Shown: positions 40,771 to 55,125 of the stretch, piece by piece
Layout: every line of letters starts with the position of its first letter
Numbering within the stretch: the stretch's first letter is position 1
Origin: Eledone cirrhosa
Taxonomy: Eukaryota
Length of the DNA: 64,000 nt
Direction of reading: 5' to 3'
NCBI GenBank assembly: GCA_964016885.1
Contig: OZ024742.1
Coordinates: 161,014,001-161,078,000 of the forward strand
Notes under the pieces: generated by a model
Databases searched by the model: none
What the model was told of the DNA's origin: nothing
The model's input: only the letters and a program-made list of their open reading frames with translations
Program-made: the position numbers and the translations under genes

Positions 40771-41328
40771 GTGTGTGTGTATGTGTGCCTCTAATTAGTA
40801 AGGTAAATATGTCCTTAGGCGGCCATCTTGTTACCCATAGGCAGATCTCGCATAATGCAGCCTCGACAGAAGAATATTGCTCGCCTATGGCAGACAATAG
40901 ATATACCGAGGACACCATAGTGAAATACCAATATATGGAACATTACATTCATGTAACCATCTTTCTTTACCTTAATTTATATTCCTTATCAATATTTTCA
41001 TTATCTCTTTTGAAGTTCCGATGAACTGCTCCATTTTTACCTAAGTTAATTATCTTCATCTGAATCAGATCAATAATGATCTATAATCATTTGATCCAGA
41101 AATATTATATGGATTAGCGAAACAATTGTAAACGGACATTATTAGTATTATTATTATTCCTTACATTCCTTACATTAAATTACAACTACGTTGACAATCT
41201 TTAAATAATGTCTTCCTTGTGAAATTGGTGGTCTTGTTTTGCTTAACTAATGCATATATAAACATATATATATATATATATATATGTTTATATACATTCA
41301 TATATAGTTAATATATGTTGTATATACT

Positions 41329-41412
<84 letters not shown>

Positions 41413-41580
41413 GTGTGTGTGTGTGTGTGTGTGTGTGCGTGCGTGCGTGTGAATGAATTAGAAGATTTTGCCGTAACTTTGACTAAATAAAATAGTCTAA
41501 TAACGAGGCGTGTTTTTATTGCCAATATCTGTTTCAACACACGATTTCACGTCAAGACTCTTGCAAAACAATTACATATT

Positions 41581-41712
41581 AGAGGGTCGGACGCCATGCT
41601 TTGTAACATAGAGTTACGGCTCTTTGAGGTCTGAGTTCAAATCCCGCTGAGATTAACTTTGCCTTTCATCCTTACGGCGTCAATAAAATAATCTACCATG
41701 AATGCTGGCCTT
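41581..41712 (+). mobile_element. 5'-truncated MetaSINE-type SINE
   Basis: GAGTTCAAATCCCGC, GCCTTTCATCCTTACGG, GCTGGCCTTGCGCCTAAAGTAGAAAC. Confidence 0.82.
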
Positions 41713-41746
41713 GCGCCTAAAGTAGAAACAAATATATATATGTGCG

Positions 41747-41790
<44 letters not shown>

Positions 41791-41799
41791 TTTTATAAC

Positions 41800-42138
41800 A
41801 TCCCTAAATCGCTTCTTTAGCTTATGCTGTGGCCATTTCCTTTTGGTCTGCTCTGCATAAAATAACTATTTAGGTAGCCTTCCGCATTCCATCCTGACCA
41901 CATGATCAGTCCAACTCACCTGGTTCAGAATAATTATCTTCTCATTACTGGTGCTGCTCTCTTTCTCGCAGCATCAGGTGTGTATGAGTATCACTTGATG
42001 TTCGGGATGCGTCGGATACAATGCTGATGAAACCTTTCCAGCTGCCTGATGTTTTCCACGTTTCGCATCCATATGGCTGTAAGCACACAGGCCTCATACA
42101 CGGAGAGCTTTGTGTTTCTCGTGATACTCCGATGTAAC
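41800..42138 (-). mobile_element. Decayed RTE LINE C-terminal fragment
   Basis: YGCETW plus ERFHQ-like and W.GHV-like remnants. Confidence 0.6.
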
Positions 42139-42162
42139 CATATATATATATGTATATACATG

Positions 42163-42194
<32 letters not shown>

Positions 42195-42262
42195 TATGTG
42201 TGTTTGTGTGTTTGTGTGTGTGTGTGTTTGGGTGTTTGTGTGCGTGTTTGTGTGTGTGTGTG

Positions 42263-42401
<139 letters not shown>

Positions 42402-43688
42402 ATATATATAATAAACTTAAGAAAATTAACAAATAGAAGACAAGACAACGAACGAAAACAAGCCAAAACAAAAAGCAATTTTTTTAAGGGAAACCTTAAA
42501 AAATATTTTTTGAAAATTATAATACAAACGAAAGACACAGAGCTCCATTCTCATCGGCCGTTGAGTGGACTTTGGCAGTCTCGACCCCTACCAATGGTAC
42601 TGCTTGTCCACTCGGTGTCACAGTGTCTGACACAAGCCAAATCGCTGTCCATGGAGTAAGAGACGAGACAAAACAATAACTTATAACAATTATGTACACA
42701 TAGAACTTGATGTCACGCCAGGGAGAAGGGCTTGTATTTTATAACACGAGGCTCTCGTGAGACAAACAAAAGGAGAGAACGAAAAAAAAAACCATGCCCA
42801 GTGATATTTGTTTCGGCTCTTTGTGTTCAAAGTTCAAATCCTGCCTTGGTTGGAAGAACTAATTCATTGTCCGGTTTATCACGACCACTTGTTCTTTGAA
42901 TGGTTTTAGTAGACTCCACTCTGTTGCAAGCTTTCAGGCCAGCGCTCTGTTCTTAGGATATCTTCCCCCCTCCCATTCTTCCACATATCTCACAGGATTT
43001 CAAATAATATAGGGTCAGGTGTACTGTCCTTTCTCTAGATTAAGGTATAAATAAAATAAAAGACACTGGCTTTTATGTCATTTTTCCTTGTGTCGGGAAT
43101 CTACTGACGAACAGCGAACATTGAAAACAAACATAGAAGTTGTAATGCAGAATGACGAAGACATTCAGCCTGCTACGTTTATTGCCGTCGATGTGACATG
43201 TATCGCATATACTACGTTCCACCACACAATCCGCTCGAAGATAGATCTTATAAAGATAGACTTTACAACTACTATACCCTATGTTCCACGTACTTTTGTG
43301 GTGAGCGAGGAACTCTAAATATTCGAAAGTTTATCTAAGTAATGAACTCTAAAACAACTTCTTATGACAAATATTAGCGTGATGTCACATAAGAACGAGA
43401 AATACATAAATTTACGAGAAGCTTAACGAGAAATTTACGAGAAAGCTAACGAGAGCGCCCCATAAGAAAGACAACGATGAAAGCAGCTGGAAAAATCAGT
43501 TTATTAACATTCAGTGGAAACATATAAACCATAATTTTTTGAAAGTAGTAAAACGTTTAGCTGAGATGCGAAATACAAACCTGCCATACTCTTATTCTGT
43601 CTTGATGTAACTTATTTTATGCAATCGTGTTGGTTGGTACATATAAATACATACAGTCATACACGCACATACATAAATATACATGTAT

Positions 43689-43918
<230 letters not shown>

Positions 43919-43999
43919 GTGCGTGTGTGTGCGTGTATGTGTGTGTGTATTCCTGAATGTATGTATATATATGTATATATATATATGTGTGTGTGTATA

Positions 44000-44031
<32 letters not shown>

Positions 44032-44032
<1 letters not shown>

Positions 44033-44270
44033 CATCATCACTCGTCGACTACTGTCGAGATGATGGATCTCCCTCTCATGCCCCAGAATCCCCTGTCCCC
44101 CATCGCTGCCCCCAGGTCCTGTCTGCTGATTCCCGTATCCCTAGAGATAACGTCAGGGAATGACAGCTTCCTAATCCTAGTCAGGCTGGAGTCAGGGTTC
44201 CAGAGCAAGAGAGCGGTTATGATTTCATTGCTGGCACGGTGACAGTGGCCAGCAAATTCAGCTCTCCGGG
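44032..44270 (-). mobile_element. 5'-truncated RTE 3' end with (TGA)n tail, inserted in (TA)n
   Basis: Minus strand [39 protein letters not shown], homologous to the end of 48846-49319. Confidence 0.8.
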
Positions 44271-44317
<47 letters not shown>

Positions 44318-44826
44318 CTGCTGTTTCTAGTTGTCGATAACCCTATTCACGCCACTGGGACGAAGCTACTGTGATGTGTGTATTTATAGTAAGTACTACA
44401 CGTGGTAATAGCCAGTTGCAGATTTGAACTGTAAGCGCGGATAGCTGTAAATTTCTTCCTTGTTGAAAATCCATATCTCCACTTCCGTGGTTTACCATCT
44501 GATTAATTGGTGAAATATATTTCTTTAATGGAATATATACAGGGAAGATTAATCATATTATAAGGTATCTATTTTTGAAGTTCTAGTCAACTTTATTTAG
44601 TTACCTACCTAGCTATGTGTGATTACACATAGCTAGGTAGGTAAATTATCTCCTGTGATTATTCATGTTTTTATATATGTTAATCAATTTCTAGTTATTA
44701 TTAAATGCTCGGACCTACTCGTTAGAATCTTAGAGCTTATTTTCCGGGTGATATGGCGCATGTCTTTCTGGCATGACACCCATAATTTTGATTTAGATTA
44801 AATTCATTTAATTTAACTTAATTTTG

Positions 44827-44857
<31 letters not shown>

Positions 44858-44866
44858 TTATGTACG

Positions 44867-44899
<33 letters not shown>

Positions 44900-45223
44900 T
44901 TATGTACGTATGTGTATATATACATATATATATAGCTGAATGCATATAGGGACGTCTAGAAACAGTTAGGGAGCTAATCTCAATATACTATCTCTGACTG
45001 ATGTGCCTACGTATTGGAGAAATAGTTTTGTCCTGCTTCTAACGATAAACTTGCTTAACATATCAGCCACCTCGTCATTTCTTTGCGGAGCACACACATA
45101 TGTATGTGTGCCAGTGTGCGCACTTGTCTGTACGCGCGTGTGTCTATAGATTGAAGTAATGTATGCATGTATGTTTGTAAGCGGAAAACAACAAACCAAA
45201 CAATACATTACAATATATATTCA

Positions 45224-45697
45224 TCTATATACTACTAAAACTCTGTGATTTTGTGCTTGTCAGTAGTTTAATACAGCCAATATTTGATAATGGGAACGGT
45301 TGATAATGGGAAAATAATTGGAATGGAAGTTGCCCCTGAATTGGGAATACAAATAATCCAGGTTTCGCGTAAATCGGAACACGGGTTACCGAGATACGAG
45401 GTTTTTCCGGATGCCTTCATAAATAGAGAGAGAGAATGATAGAGCGAAAGCGATAGTGGATGTGAGAGAGTAGACTGAAGGAGAGACAGAGAGAAGGTGA
45501 CAAAGAAGGAACATGGAAGAGACAGAGAGAGAGAGAGAGGGAGAGAGAGACAGAGAGAGCTGCTGGTGTTGTTGACTTCAAAGAATCGAATACAGCATTA
45601 CTGCATTTAACTCAAATTTGGTGACTGAATATTAAGTCATATGTAACATATAACTTGTGTTAGGACAGGGTGTGTGTAGCAAGTATTTCCTGCTAAA
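45224..45697 (+). mobile_element. Probable non-autonomous Helitron, degenerate
   Basis: A|TCTATATACTACTAAAA start, internal (GA)n, and a decayed GTATTTCCTGCTAA end. Confidence 0.45.
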
Positions 45698-45713
45698 TAG
45701 GAAGGGGTTCTAA

Positions 45714-45771
<58 letters not shown>

Positions 45772-45966
45772 GCGTGTATGTGTATATATATATACGTGTG
45801 TGTGTACATGTGTGTGTCTGTGACCTATATACACATATAAATTTATATATATGTATATACACACACGAACATATATAGATATGTATACACACATACACAC
45901 ACACATGTATGGGTATTCGGATTTTAAAAAATATTTTAAAGTAAAACGAGTCACGGGTGGTCTACA

Positions 45967-46022
<56 letters not shown>

Positions 46023-46024
<2 letters not shown>

Positions 46025-49000
46025 TGGGTATGACATTAAACTACATCCAGTGGCAAGGCTCCAGTTCGGGAGTTCAGGAGATGTGGGGAATGTGGAGTTA
46101 CCCCTTAGTTGTCATGACTCCCAGGTCTGCCCTGGCCCGGGGTGGTAGTACCTGTTAGGGCTCCATTTATGGGTTAAATAACTACCTTATTCGAGTGGCG
46201 CCGGTAAGGTATTGTCAGCCATTGAAAAGAAATATGGAGAGTCGATCTAACAGCACTAGGGTTAGAGCCCCTAATTACACTGTCAAGGAGCAGCCTGGTC
46301 GTTATGACTCTGCTGGCTTAGAGCCACAGAGAGGGCCAGTGGATGATGGATCAGCTGTCTCTGAGACAAATATAAAGAATGCAGTTTTGTCCTGCAGAAG
46401 AGCCATCAAAATGGGCACTTTGAATGTGAGGACTATTCGAACGCTGGAGAAGAGAGAGGAGTTGGGACATCTGTTCGAGGAGAGTGGTATACAGATACTT
46501 GCGATCCAAGAACACAGGATTCTACACGATGAGCCCGTGAGGAGTGTGATGATCGGGAGGAAGAGCCAGCTCATCACTACATCGGCAGTGAAGAACACAA
46601 CAAATGCTGCAGTAGGAGGAGTGGGTTTTGTGTTCAGTGCAAAAACCAATCTGTTGGTGAGGGAAATAATGCCTATCTCCCCGCGAGTGTTGAGGGTGAC
46701 CTTCAATGGAAACCCAAGACTGACAGTCATCTCAGCCTATAGTCCAACCGAGGAGGACAGTGATGTGGATGCCGAGGAGTTCCATGAGGAGGTGTGTAGA
46801 GCTGTCAACACCACTCAGGCACACAATATCCTGCTTGTTTTGGGGGACTTCAATGCACATCTGAGTAAGGAGGACAGTGAAGATCCTTGCTGGTACTTCC
46901 ATAACAACACCAACCGAAATGGAAGACTACTGAGAGACACCCTGCTGGAGGCGAACTTGATGGCGACCAACCTAGGGTTTAGGAAGAATCTGGGGAAGAT
47001 GTGGACCTACATCTCAGATATGCACCTGTCCAAGTCCCAGATTGATTTCATTCTGGTGAGGAAAAAGTGGCGGAATAGTGTTCTGAACACGGAACCATAC
47101 AGCTATTTCAGTACACTGGGTAGTGACCACCGGCTTGTTATGAGTGAGGTCCGCGTGAGCTTAAGAAAGAGCAAGGCTCAGCCCCGGAGAACAATCTATG
47201 ACTGGGGAGCTTTCAAGGAAGATGATAAGCTACAGGAGAGGTTCACAGTGGAAGTGAGAAACAGGTTTAGTGCTCTGTGTGGAGAGTCAGAGGAGAGAGA
47301 GATTGGATGGACTGAGGAGAGTGTGACGAGGAGGTACGGGCACTTCACCAATGCAGTGGTGAAAGCAAGTGAAACCCTGGTGCCGAGGAAAAAGAACAAA
47401 GGGAAGCACGTCAGCTCTGCAAACCCAAAAGTATGTGCAGCCAGAGAACACCTGAAAGCTGCCAGGGACCAATTCTATACTGATCCTACGGAGGAGAGGA
47501 TGGAGACTGTGGAGGTGATGAGGGAAGAGCTCTGTACCGCTTACACTGAGGTCAGAGAGGAGGCACTGATAGAGAAGATCAGAAGTGTGGAGAGAGCGGT
47601 TGACAGATCTGGATGTAAGGAGAGCTGGATGATCATCAACGAGATCACAGGGAGGAAGAAAAGGTGTTCGAGTCAGATCCAGGGAACGGGGCCCGAGGAT
47701 AGGAAGAGGAAATGGCTAGACCATTTTAGGACCCTACTAGGAGAGCCACCCTCCACAGCCCAGAGCACTGGGGAGATCAGGCGGCTGTTTGAGGAACTGG
47801 ATGTTGAGACAGAGCCCTTCACCAGAGAGGAGCTTCAGAGAGCCAAGAAGAAGATCAAGGAGAGAAAGGCTCATGGAGAAGATGGAGTGGCATCAGAGGT
47901 GATGAAGATGTGTGATTTTGATGATATCATCCTGGGGTTCTGTAACGGGGCACTGGAGAAAGGAGTTGCCCCGAATCAGTGGAGGATCAGTAACATCGTC
48001 CCAGTGCCAAAGAAGGGAGATCTCTCTAACACCAACAACTACCGGGAGATCTCACTGACGTCACTTGTGGCAAAGACCCTCAACAGGATGATTCTTAACA
48101 GGATCCAGCCTGAGATGGAGAAGAAGCTCAGGGACAACCAGAACGGCTTCAGAGAGGGTAGATCAACCACCAGTCACATCCTGATGCTGAGGAGGATATT
48201 AGAGGGAGCTAGAGCAAAGTGCCTTCCTGCGGTCATGGTTTTCATTGACTTTAGGAAGGCCTTTGATTCTGTGGACCGTTACTGCCTGATGAAGATCTTA
48301 CAGGCTTATGGAATCCCCAAGAGGATAGTGGACCTGATATCACTGCTCTACACCAACACCAAAGCCCAAGTCATTACACCTGATGGGATGACAGAGTTCT
48401 TTGAGATACTGGCTGGAGTGCTCCAGGGAGATACATTGGCTCCCTACCTTTTTATCATCGTAGTGGACTATTGTATGCGCCTTGCACTGGAGAAACACCA
48501 GGACTCTGGCTTTACTGTAGCACCGGCTCAGAGCAGGAGAGTTGGGGCGAAAAAGGTATCGGATGCTGAATTTGCCGACGACATAGTTTTGGTGACAAAT
48601 ACAGTGAAGGAGGCAGAGGATTTGATGCGGGAGGTTGAGACTGTGTCGATGAGTGTGGGGCTGAGAATGAATGAGACTAAAACAAAATATCTGGTAGAGA
48701 ATGTTGAGAAGCCAGAGGGGATCACTAATGTAGGCGGGAAGCCGCTGGAATTGGTTGAGGACTTCCTGTATTTGGGAGCAAAGATTGGGAATACGGAAGA
48801 TGATTAGTTGAGAGGAAGAGCAAGGCATGGGCGGCGTGTCACAGCTTGAGATCGGTGTGGAAGTCGGACCTTCGTAGAGACCTGAAAATCCGCCTCTTCA
48901 TTGCTGTAGTGGAGTCTGTGCTGCTGTATGGGTCTGAGACTTGGACACTGACCAAGAGACTCACTCAGATGGTGGATGGGTGCTACACGAGAATGCTGAG

Positions 49001-49319
49001 GATGGCTCTGAACATTAATCAGTATACACTGAGGATGAAAAACTCAGAGCTGTATGGGAGCATCCCAAAAGTCAGCTCAAAAGTGACACAGAGGAGACTG
49101 AGATTGGCTGGACATGCTCACCGACATCCAGAGTTGACATTGCACTCAGTGCTCCTTTGGGAGCCCCTACATGGACACACTAGAAGAGGAAGACCAAGGT
49201 TAACATATGTTGATGCCCTAAGGACAGACACTGGTCTGTTGGAGATGCAGGATATGGCAGCGATAATGAGGGACAGAGACCGCTGGAGAGAACTCGTCCA
49301 TGGATCTCGGGAATTTTGA
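46023..49319 (+). mobile_element. Full-length RTE-clade LINE (APE plus RT) in (TA)n; one frameshift near 48805
   Basis: GTLNVRT, IQEHR, AYSPT, GDFNA, SDHR, YREISLTS, DFRKAFD, GVLQGDTLAP, FADD (ORF 46195-48807); LLYGSETW and LRLAGH (48846-49319). Confidence 0.93.
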
Positions 49320-49339
49320 GATATATATATATATGTATA

Positions 49340-49724
49340 AGAGATATTTCATTTGTTGGAAATCCAACAAATATAGATGTTTACAACTGATTCAAAGCAC
49401 TCGACAGATTTCAATTGATATTAAATAAATGGAAACTATATTTATAAAACCATATTTATTCTATTTCAAGAGTACCAAAAATTTTGGTACGCTATCATCA
49501 GATAAAATACAAAATGTTTTATAAATATTTGATATGACCAAGGATGATATACCTTAACGGTTCAAGTTATTCCATTATATCATCCTTGGTTATATCAAAT
49601 ATTTATAAAACATTTTGTATTTTATCTGATGATAGCGTACCAAAATTTTTGGTACCCTTGAAATATTTATAATAGAATAAATATGGTTTTATAAATATAG
49701 TTTCCATTTATTTAATATCAATTG

Positions 49725-49726
<2 letters not shown>
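49340..49726. mobile_element. Fold-back hammerhead element, family A
   Basis: Arms ~49410-49550 and ~49582-49725. Hammerhead at 49618-49679 (+); the minus copy at 49457-49509 lacks stem III and the cleavage site. Confidence 0.85.
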
Positions 49727-49811
<85 letters not shown>

Positions 49812-49821
49812 CTCACATATA

Positions 49822-49893
49822 CAGGGTATCACAAAAATGTGTACACACTTCAACTGCATTCAATCATTGAGTATAAATTATTTGGGCACCCTG
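49822..49893. mobile_element. Tc1/mariner-type MITE
   Basis: TA|CAGGGTATCACAAAAA...TTATTTGGGCACCCTG|TA: TIRs with TA TSD. Confidence 0.7.
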
Positions 49894-49968
49894 TATATAT
49901 ATAGAGAGAGATACATAGACACACGAACACACACACACACATACATATATATACATATAGATACATAT

Positions 49969-50049
<81 letters not shown>

Positions 50050-50059
50050 ACTCATATAA

Positions 50060-50350
50060 AGGTTACAACGACGAGGGTTCCAGTTGATACTATCAACGGA
50101 ACAACCTACTCATGAAATTAACGTGCAAATGGCTGAGCATTCCACAGATACGTGTACCCTTTACGTAGTTCCCAGGGAGATTCAGTCTGACACAGTGTGT
50201 CACAAGGCTGGTCCTTCGAATTACAGTTACAACCCAGCTGTGTGGATTGGAGCAACGTAAAATAAATTGTCTTGCTCAAGGAGATGACACTTTGCTGGGA
50301 ATCGAACTCATGACCTCACGACTGTCAGCCGAATAGCCTAACCACGCACT
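50060..50350 (-). mobile_element. tRNA-derived CORE-type SINE
   Basis: Minus-strand B box GAGTTCGATTCC and CORE-like CCTTGAGCAAGACA..TTTTACGTTGCTCCAATCCAC.CAGCTG. Confidence 0.75.
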
Positions 50351-50497
50351 TTCACTCACATAAATACATATGTAAACACACACACACTCATATATATACA
50401 TACAAAAACACACACATATACATACACACTCACGCACACACATATACAAGCACACAGACACATATATAAATCACACACAAACATATATATAAACACT

Positions 50498-50557
<60 letters not shown>

Positions 50558-50859
50558 GACATATATATATATACACACAGACATATATATATATATACAC
50601 ATAGACATATATATATATATAAATATACAGACATATATATACACGCACACATACACACACAAAACATATATATATAAACACACATATATATAAACAAACA
50701 CACACATATATATAGAAACATACAAACACGCAAGCGTATATATAAACACGCACACATATTTATATACACACACATATATATATACATATAAACACATACA
50801 CACACAACCACTTTACAGTGAAACCGAATATAGAATTTTTTTCTTCCCTCCATACAATT

Positions 50860-51630
50860 ATTTTGACACCCTCTCTCAAAATATTACGCCTCACTCATTA
50901 AAACAGTATACCTTTCTCACCCTCTCTATATACCACTACATGCCTCACTCTATCACCAGAGCAACATACTCCCTCTCTTACTAAACCACCAAACTCACTC
51001 TCCCTCTCTATATCCGACTATATATCTCAGTCTCACTGTCACAATTCCCCCTCTCTCACTAGACCACAAAACGCATTCCTCTCTCTGTATCCCACTTCAT
51101 ACCCCACTTTCTCTCACTCTCACAATCCCCCCTCTATCATTAAATGACAAAAGTTCTCCCCCTCTCTATATACCACTACATACCTCACTCTCTATTATTC
51201 TCACAATTCACCGTCCCTCACTAAAACACCAAACTCTCAGTCACCCTATATATCCCACTACATACCTCACTCTATAACAATTCCCCAAATTCTAGATCAT
51301 CAAATTCTCTGCCCTCTCGCTATATCAGTACATACCACATTCTCTATCTCTCTCACAATTCACCCTCTCTCACTAAACCACCAAATTTTTTACCGCTCTC
51401 TATACCCCACTACATACCACTCTCTATCACTTTCATAATTTCCCCTGTCTCACTTGACCACCAAATTCTTTCCCCCTCTCTATATTCCTTTACACTCATT
51501 TTCCCTCTATTTTTCTCTCTCTTAATTCCCCTTCTTTCACTAGGCCAATAAACTCTCACCCCCACTCTATAACCCACTATATACCTCACTCACTTTCACA
51601 ATTCTTCCTCTCTCACAAGACCAACAAATT
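50860..51630. repeat. Degenerate pyrimidine-rich minisatellite, ~80-bp unit, ~9-10 copies
   Basis: CTCTCTATATACCACTACATACCTCACTCT..CACAATTC..CACTAAACCACCAAA recurs at ~50922, 51004, 51081, 51162, 51244, 51316, 51395, 51476 and 51563. Confidence 0.85.
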
Positions 51631-51829
51631 GTTCTTACGGGCGTGAGATCGACAGTGACTTTTGAAGCCGATGAGAGTTTTACAGATTTTTCCGCAGCGA
51701 CTACAAACTAAATATGTGTTTCGATCTGACGGTTAGGCTTCTCATGTGAAAGATTATTGTGGGTTTTTAACGCCTCGTATACATTGCAGGTAATCGGAAC
51801 TGCAATATCGAATTGGGCATAATCTGTTA

Positions 51830-53540
51830 GCGGGTTGTCTATGGGACCCCTATGTTGTTTTGGAGTCCAGCGTTTGACTCGTGGTGAACAAACTATTTCC
51901 TCTCCCTCGCGGGAAGCTCTTTTGGTGTTTGCCTAGCTTATTAGCTTAGCATGGAATGAGCGACATCCTTGGTATATTTGTTATCTCTACTTGTTTCTAT
52001 AGTCAGCATGTACTTCCCAATTGTGAAGGTCGAGATCGAATTGCATCAGCGAGTCATTGACACAGTCTTAGAAATGCTTCATGGTTTTTTCTGAGGCCTT
52101 TTTTCCTTTAGCCACCTCTCCGTAAAGCATCTGCTTAGAGATATGACTATCGTTCAGTCTTATCAGATGCCCTTTCCTGCGAAGATGGTGTTTGTGTATA
52201 AAAGCTGCTATACTAAGTGTATCAGCTTGTTCCAGTACATCTGTGTCTGGAACATGCGAGAACCAGTGGATGCCCAAAATCGATCTTAGGCAGGTGGAAG
52301 CGCCCAGTAGGTTTAAATGATTCCTGTAAACACTCCAAGATAAAGAAGACTTGTAAGAACACAGGTATTATAGACATATGTCTTCCTTCTGTTTTTCAGG
52401 CCTTTCTGAAACTACATGTGGTCATGAAGAGCAGAAAAGGGCGCCAGTAGCTTTCTCAAGTCGGTGAGATATTTCATTTCTCGAGTGAGCAGTGACGATT
52501 TATCGTACAACCGAGTAGGTAAAGTTGTCAACAACCATCAACGTAAATGGAGGGTTCCACATAGGCTGTGCCTGGTGCAGGTTGAAACATGACAACTATT
52601 TTATCCAGAATGATTGTCAGATCAAAGGCTTTGAATGCCTGGGACAACCTGTCTATGAAATGCTGCCTATCAGCGGCAGTGTGCGAGACCAGTTCGCAGT
52701 CATCGGCGTAGAGGTGATCGCGGACAAGAGTTAGAAGGACTTTCGATTTAGCAGCATGGCGGCGTATGTCGAAAAGCTGACCTGTACTGCGATATCGTAT
52801 ATACAAACCTTGGTTACAGTTCTTGAAGGCGTCAATAAGAACAATAGAGAAGTCGATGGAAAACAAAGTTGGTGCAAGCAGGTCTCCCTGTTTAACACCG
52901 TTCTCTACTTCTATTGGTTCAGACATAATGCCTCCAGCATTGATAGAAACCGCCGTGTCATCATGGAAAGACTGGACCAAGTAGACAAAGTTTTGGGAGA
53001 CAGCTTAGCTTTCCAAGAATAACCCAGAATGCTTCTCTGTTGATCTTATCAAAGGTCTTTATGAAATCGACAAAGACCTTATATAAGCACTGGCCCTGTT
53101 CTTGGATTTAGCATGCTGTAAGTATCATGTCTGTAGTTCTTCTGTTTGCTCTGAAGCCGCACTGTGAATCTGGGAGAACTCTGATACAGTTATGGGAATT
53201 CAGTCTGGACAGGATTATACCAGACAAGATCTTTCCGGCAGTGAATAGCAGAACTATGCTTCTGTAGTTGCCACAAAGTTCGGGGGCATCTTTACCCATG
53301 TACAGAGGAAATAGTTACGATTCCCTGATTAGCATCTATGCAATCGTGAGTACTGAAGACGACAAGAATATGTTTTATGAAGATCTCCGAAATGTGAGGT
53401 CAGGCTCAAGTGTTACTGGTAACATGTAACCCAGTAGAATCTGTCGCATGGTCGGTCCGTCGATGATAAAACCGGCAACCTCACCAAGCTTGCTTGGTGA
53501 AGAGGGCAATATTGGATACCCAGCAGGAAAGAAAAACAAA
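51830..53540 (-). mobile_element. Decayed BovB-like RTE RT region, with oppositely oriented EN/5'UTR scraps at ~53330-53540
   Basis: CGNYRSIVLL, SQCGFR, GVKQGDLLAPTLF, LYADDC, KQMLYGE. Confidence 0.85.
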
Positions 53541-53559
53541 ACCCCATTTGAGATGATTA

Positions 53560-54019
53560 GTGCATAATAGTGAATTGGTGAAACTTGTGCATTTCAATGG
53601 TGTTACAACAATAGATGTAAGTTATATAGTAGTAATACTTTATCATTTTAACTTTTTAGAAGGACAAAAACCCATGCAAAGAAATGACTTTGACTGCAGT
53701 GATTCTCTCCAATTTACTTACAAAGCAAAACGTGGTCAAATACCTTATCATCTCTGATAAAATTCCCATTGAATCACTGAAAATCGGATGCATGGAATTC
53801 CTCATAAAATGCACCTATGAATCGGAAGCCATCACATATATCAATGGATATAGGGAGTTGTTCACACTGGAAGACCATCACTTCATTTGTGACTTCATCA
53901 GTTATCTCCACGATTATCTCAGACACCCAATGCCATTGATGAGAGGTGATCCAATGTGTGAGCATGTAACTAATCTTATAGAAGTTGTTATCGACCACCT
54001 GGCTTTTAGTGACATTTGA
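53560..54019 (+). CDS. Spliced ORF with BACK/BTB-C-terminal-like pattern, 5' incomplete
   Basis: A phase-0 GT-AG intron at 53617-53659 joins HNSELVKLVHFNGVTTID to KDKNPCKEMTL..LLTKQNVVKYLIISDKIPIESLKIGCMEFL. Confidence 0.45.
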
Positions 54020-54199
54020 CTGATTTGACTGATAATGATGTATTTTTAAAAAGTATATGTACATTCTTGTTACTATTTTAAGGCAATGCAAGCAACAACT
54101 ATTTCATAAAATTTAAATTTAAAAATGACCATTGTGCATTACTAGTATGATGACATTTTATTAAGTCACAAAATTAGTCAGTCAGCCATAGAACACGGA

Positions 54200-54871
54200 T
54201 CAGGTGGTAAAAACATTGGCAAAAATTTGTGTCAATTTAAGATTTCCAACATTGTTCAAATGAATCATATCTGGTTTGAAGTCAGATTTGTCAAATTTTG
54301 ACCAATTTTCAATGTTGTGAAGATTGGGCAAGTTCAATTTTTGAATCATTTCTTTCATGCAGTAATTAAACTTTTCCAAACGAGAATTTCTCTTGCCCAA
54401 GTCATTTTTATTTTCAATTACACTTTGTGGACGTGGAATGACACCACTGTAGAAAATGGGTGTACAGTGGTGCTTTTCCGCTATTTTCTGTAGCCTTGCA
54501 AAGAGACTCTTCCCCTGTTTTTCCGGTTTTGTGCCTCGAATGGGCACTTTGTCCTTAATTTACAAATAAATGATTAATAAAAAATACTTGGGCAAAAATT
54601 ATTGTATTACTTTGCACAGCTTTGTAGTGCCAACGGTGCGACGAGGATTCAGATCATTAGAGCCGACATGAACCACCAATACTTTCACAAAAGGACAACA
54701 GATAACAATGTTGGCGATTAACATTACCTGGCCCTGACGGGCCCCAGGTATACAAAATATCTAAGTATTTTTGTTGGTATGATAAGTAAATACATTTGAA
54801 TTAATATTTTTATACCTTCTGGTCATTCGATTTCGCCACATTTCTAATTATGGATTTGTAAAAACTGGCAT
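54200..54871 (-). pseudogene. Three-exon SGNH/GDSL hydrolase gene; 1-nt deletion in exon 1
   Basis: Exons 54871-54816, 54760-54611 and 54553-54200 with phase-0 GT-AG introns of 55 and 57 nt. Blocks SIIRNV, IPGA, HVGSND and DMIHLNNVG. Confidence 0.8.
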
Positions 54872-55040
54872 GAATGTGAATTTGATCAGTCCAATTGCCC
54901 GATTTTAGTGAAAAGTTTTGATTCGAAATGGAAATACTCCATTTCCGTGCATGGAAAAAATGAATAAGCCGATCAAAAAACCGCGAAACATCATTTTTAA
55001 TTAAGTGAAATTAGTGGATGCAAATCTCAGAAAATATTGT

Positions 55041-55125
55041 ACACTATTCGCACCTATCGCACTATTCGCACCTATCGGTACAAAAATATAGCGCACTATT
55101 CGCACCTATCGGTACAAAAAATCGC
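55041..55125. repeat. Tandem CACTATTCGCACCTATCG x3; second array (ACAAAGGTGTC)x4 at ~55291-55355
   Basis: Direct reading. Confidence 0.85.

Noticed and set aside
50860-51630. CRISPR-like periodicity
   Set aside because: Whole units are degenerate copies with no unique spacers and no cas genes; eukaryotic minisatellite.
53554-53571. GATTAGTGCATAATAGTG as a left TIR matching the 55041 repeats
   Set aside because: Only a partial match, lies within the putative exon and has no TSD; probably coincidental.
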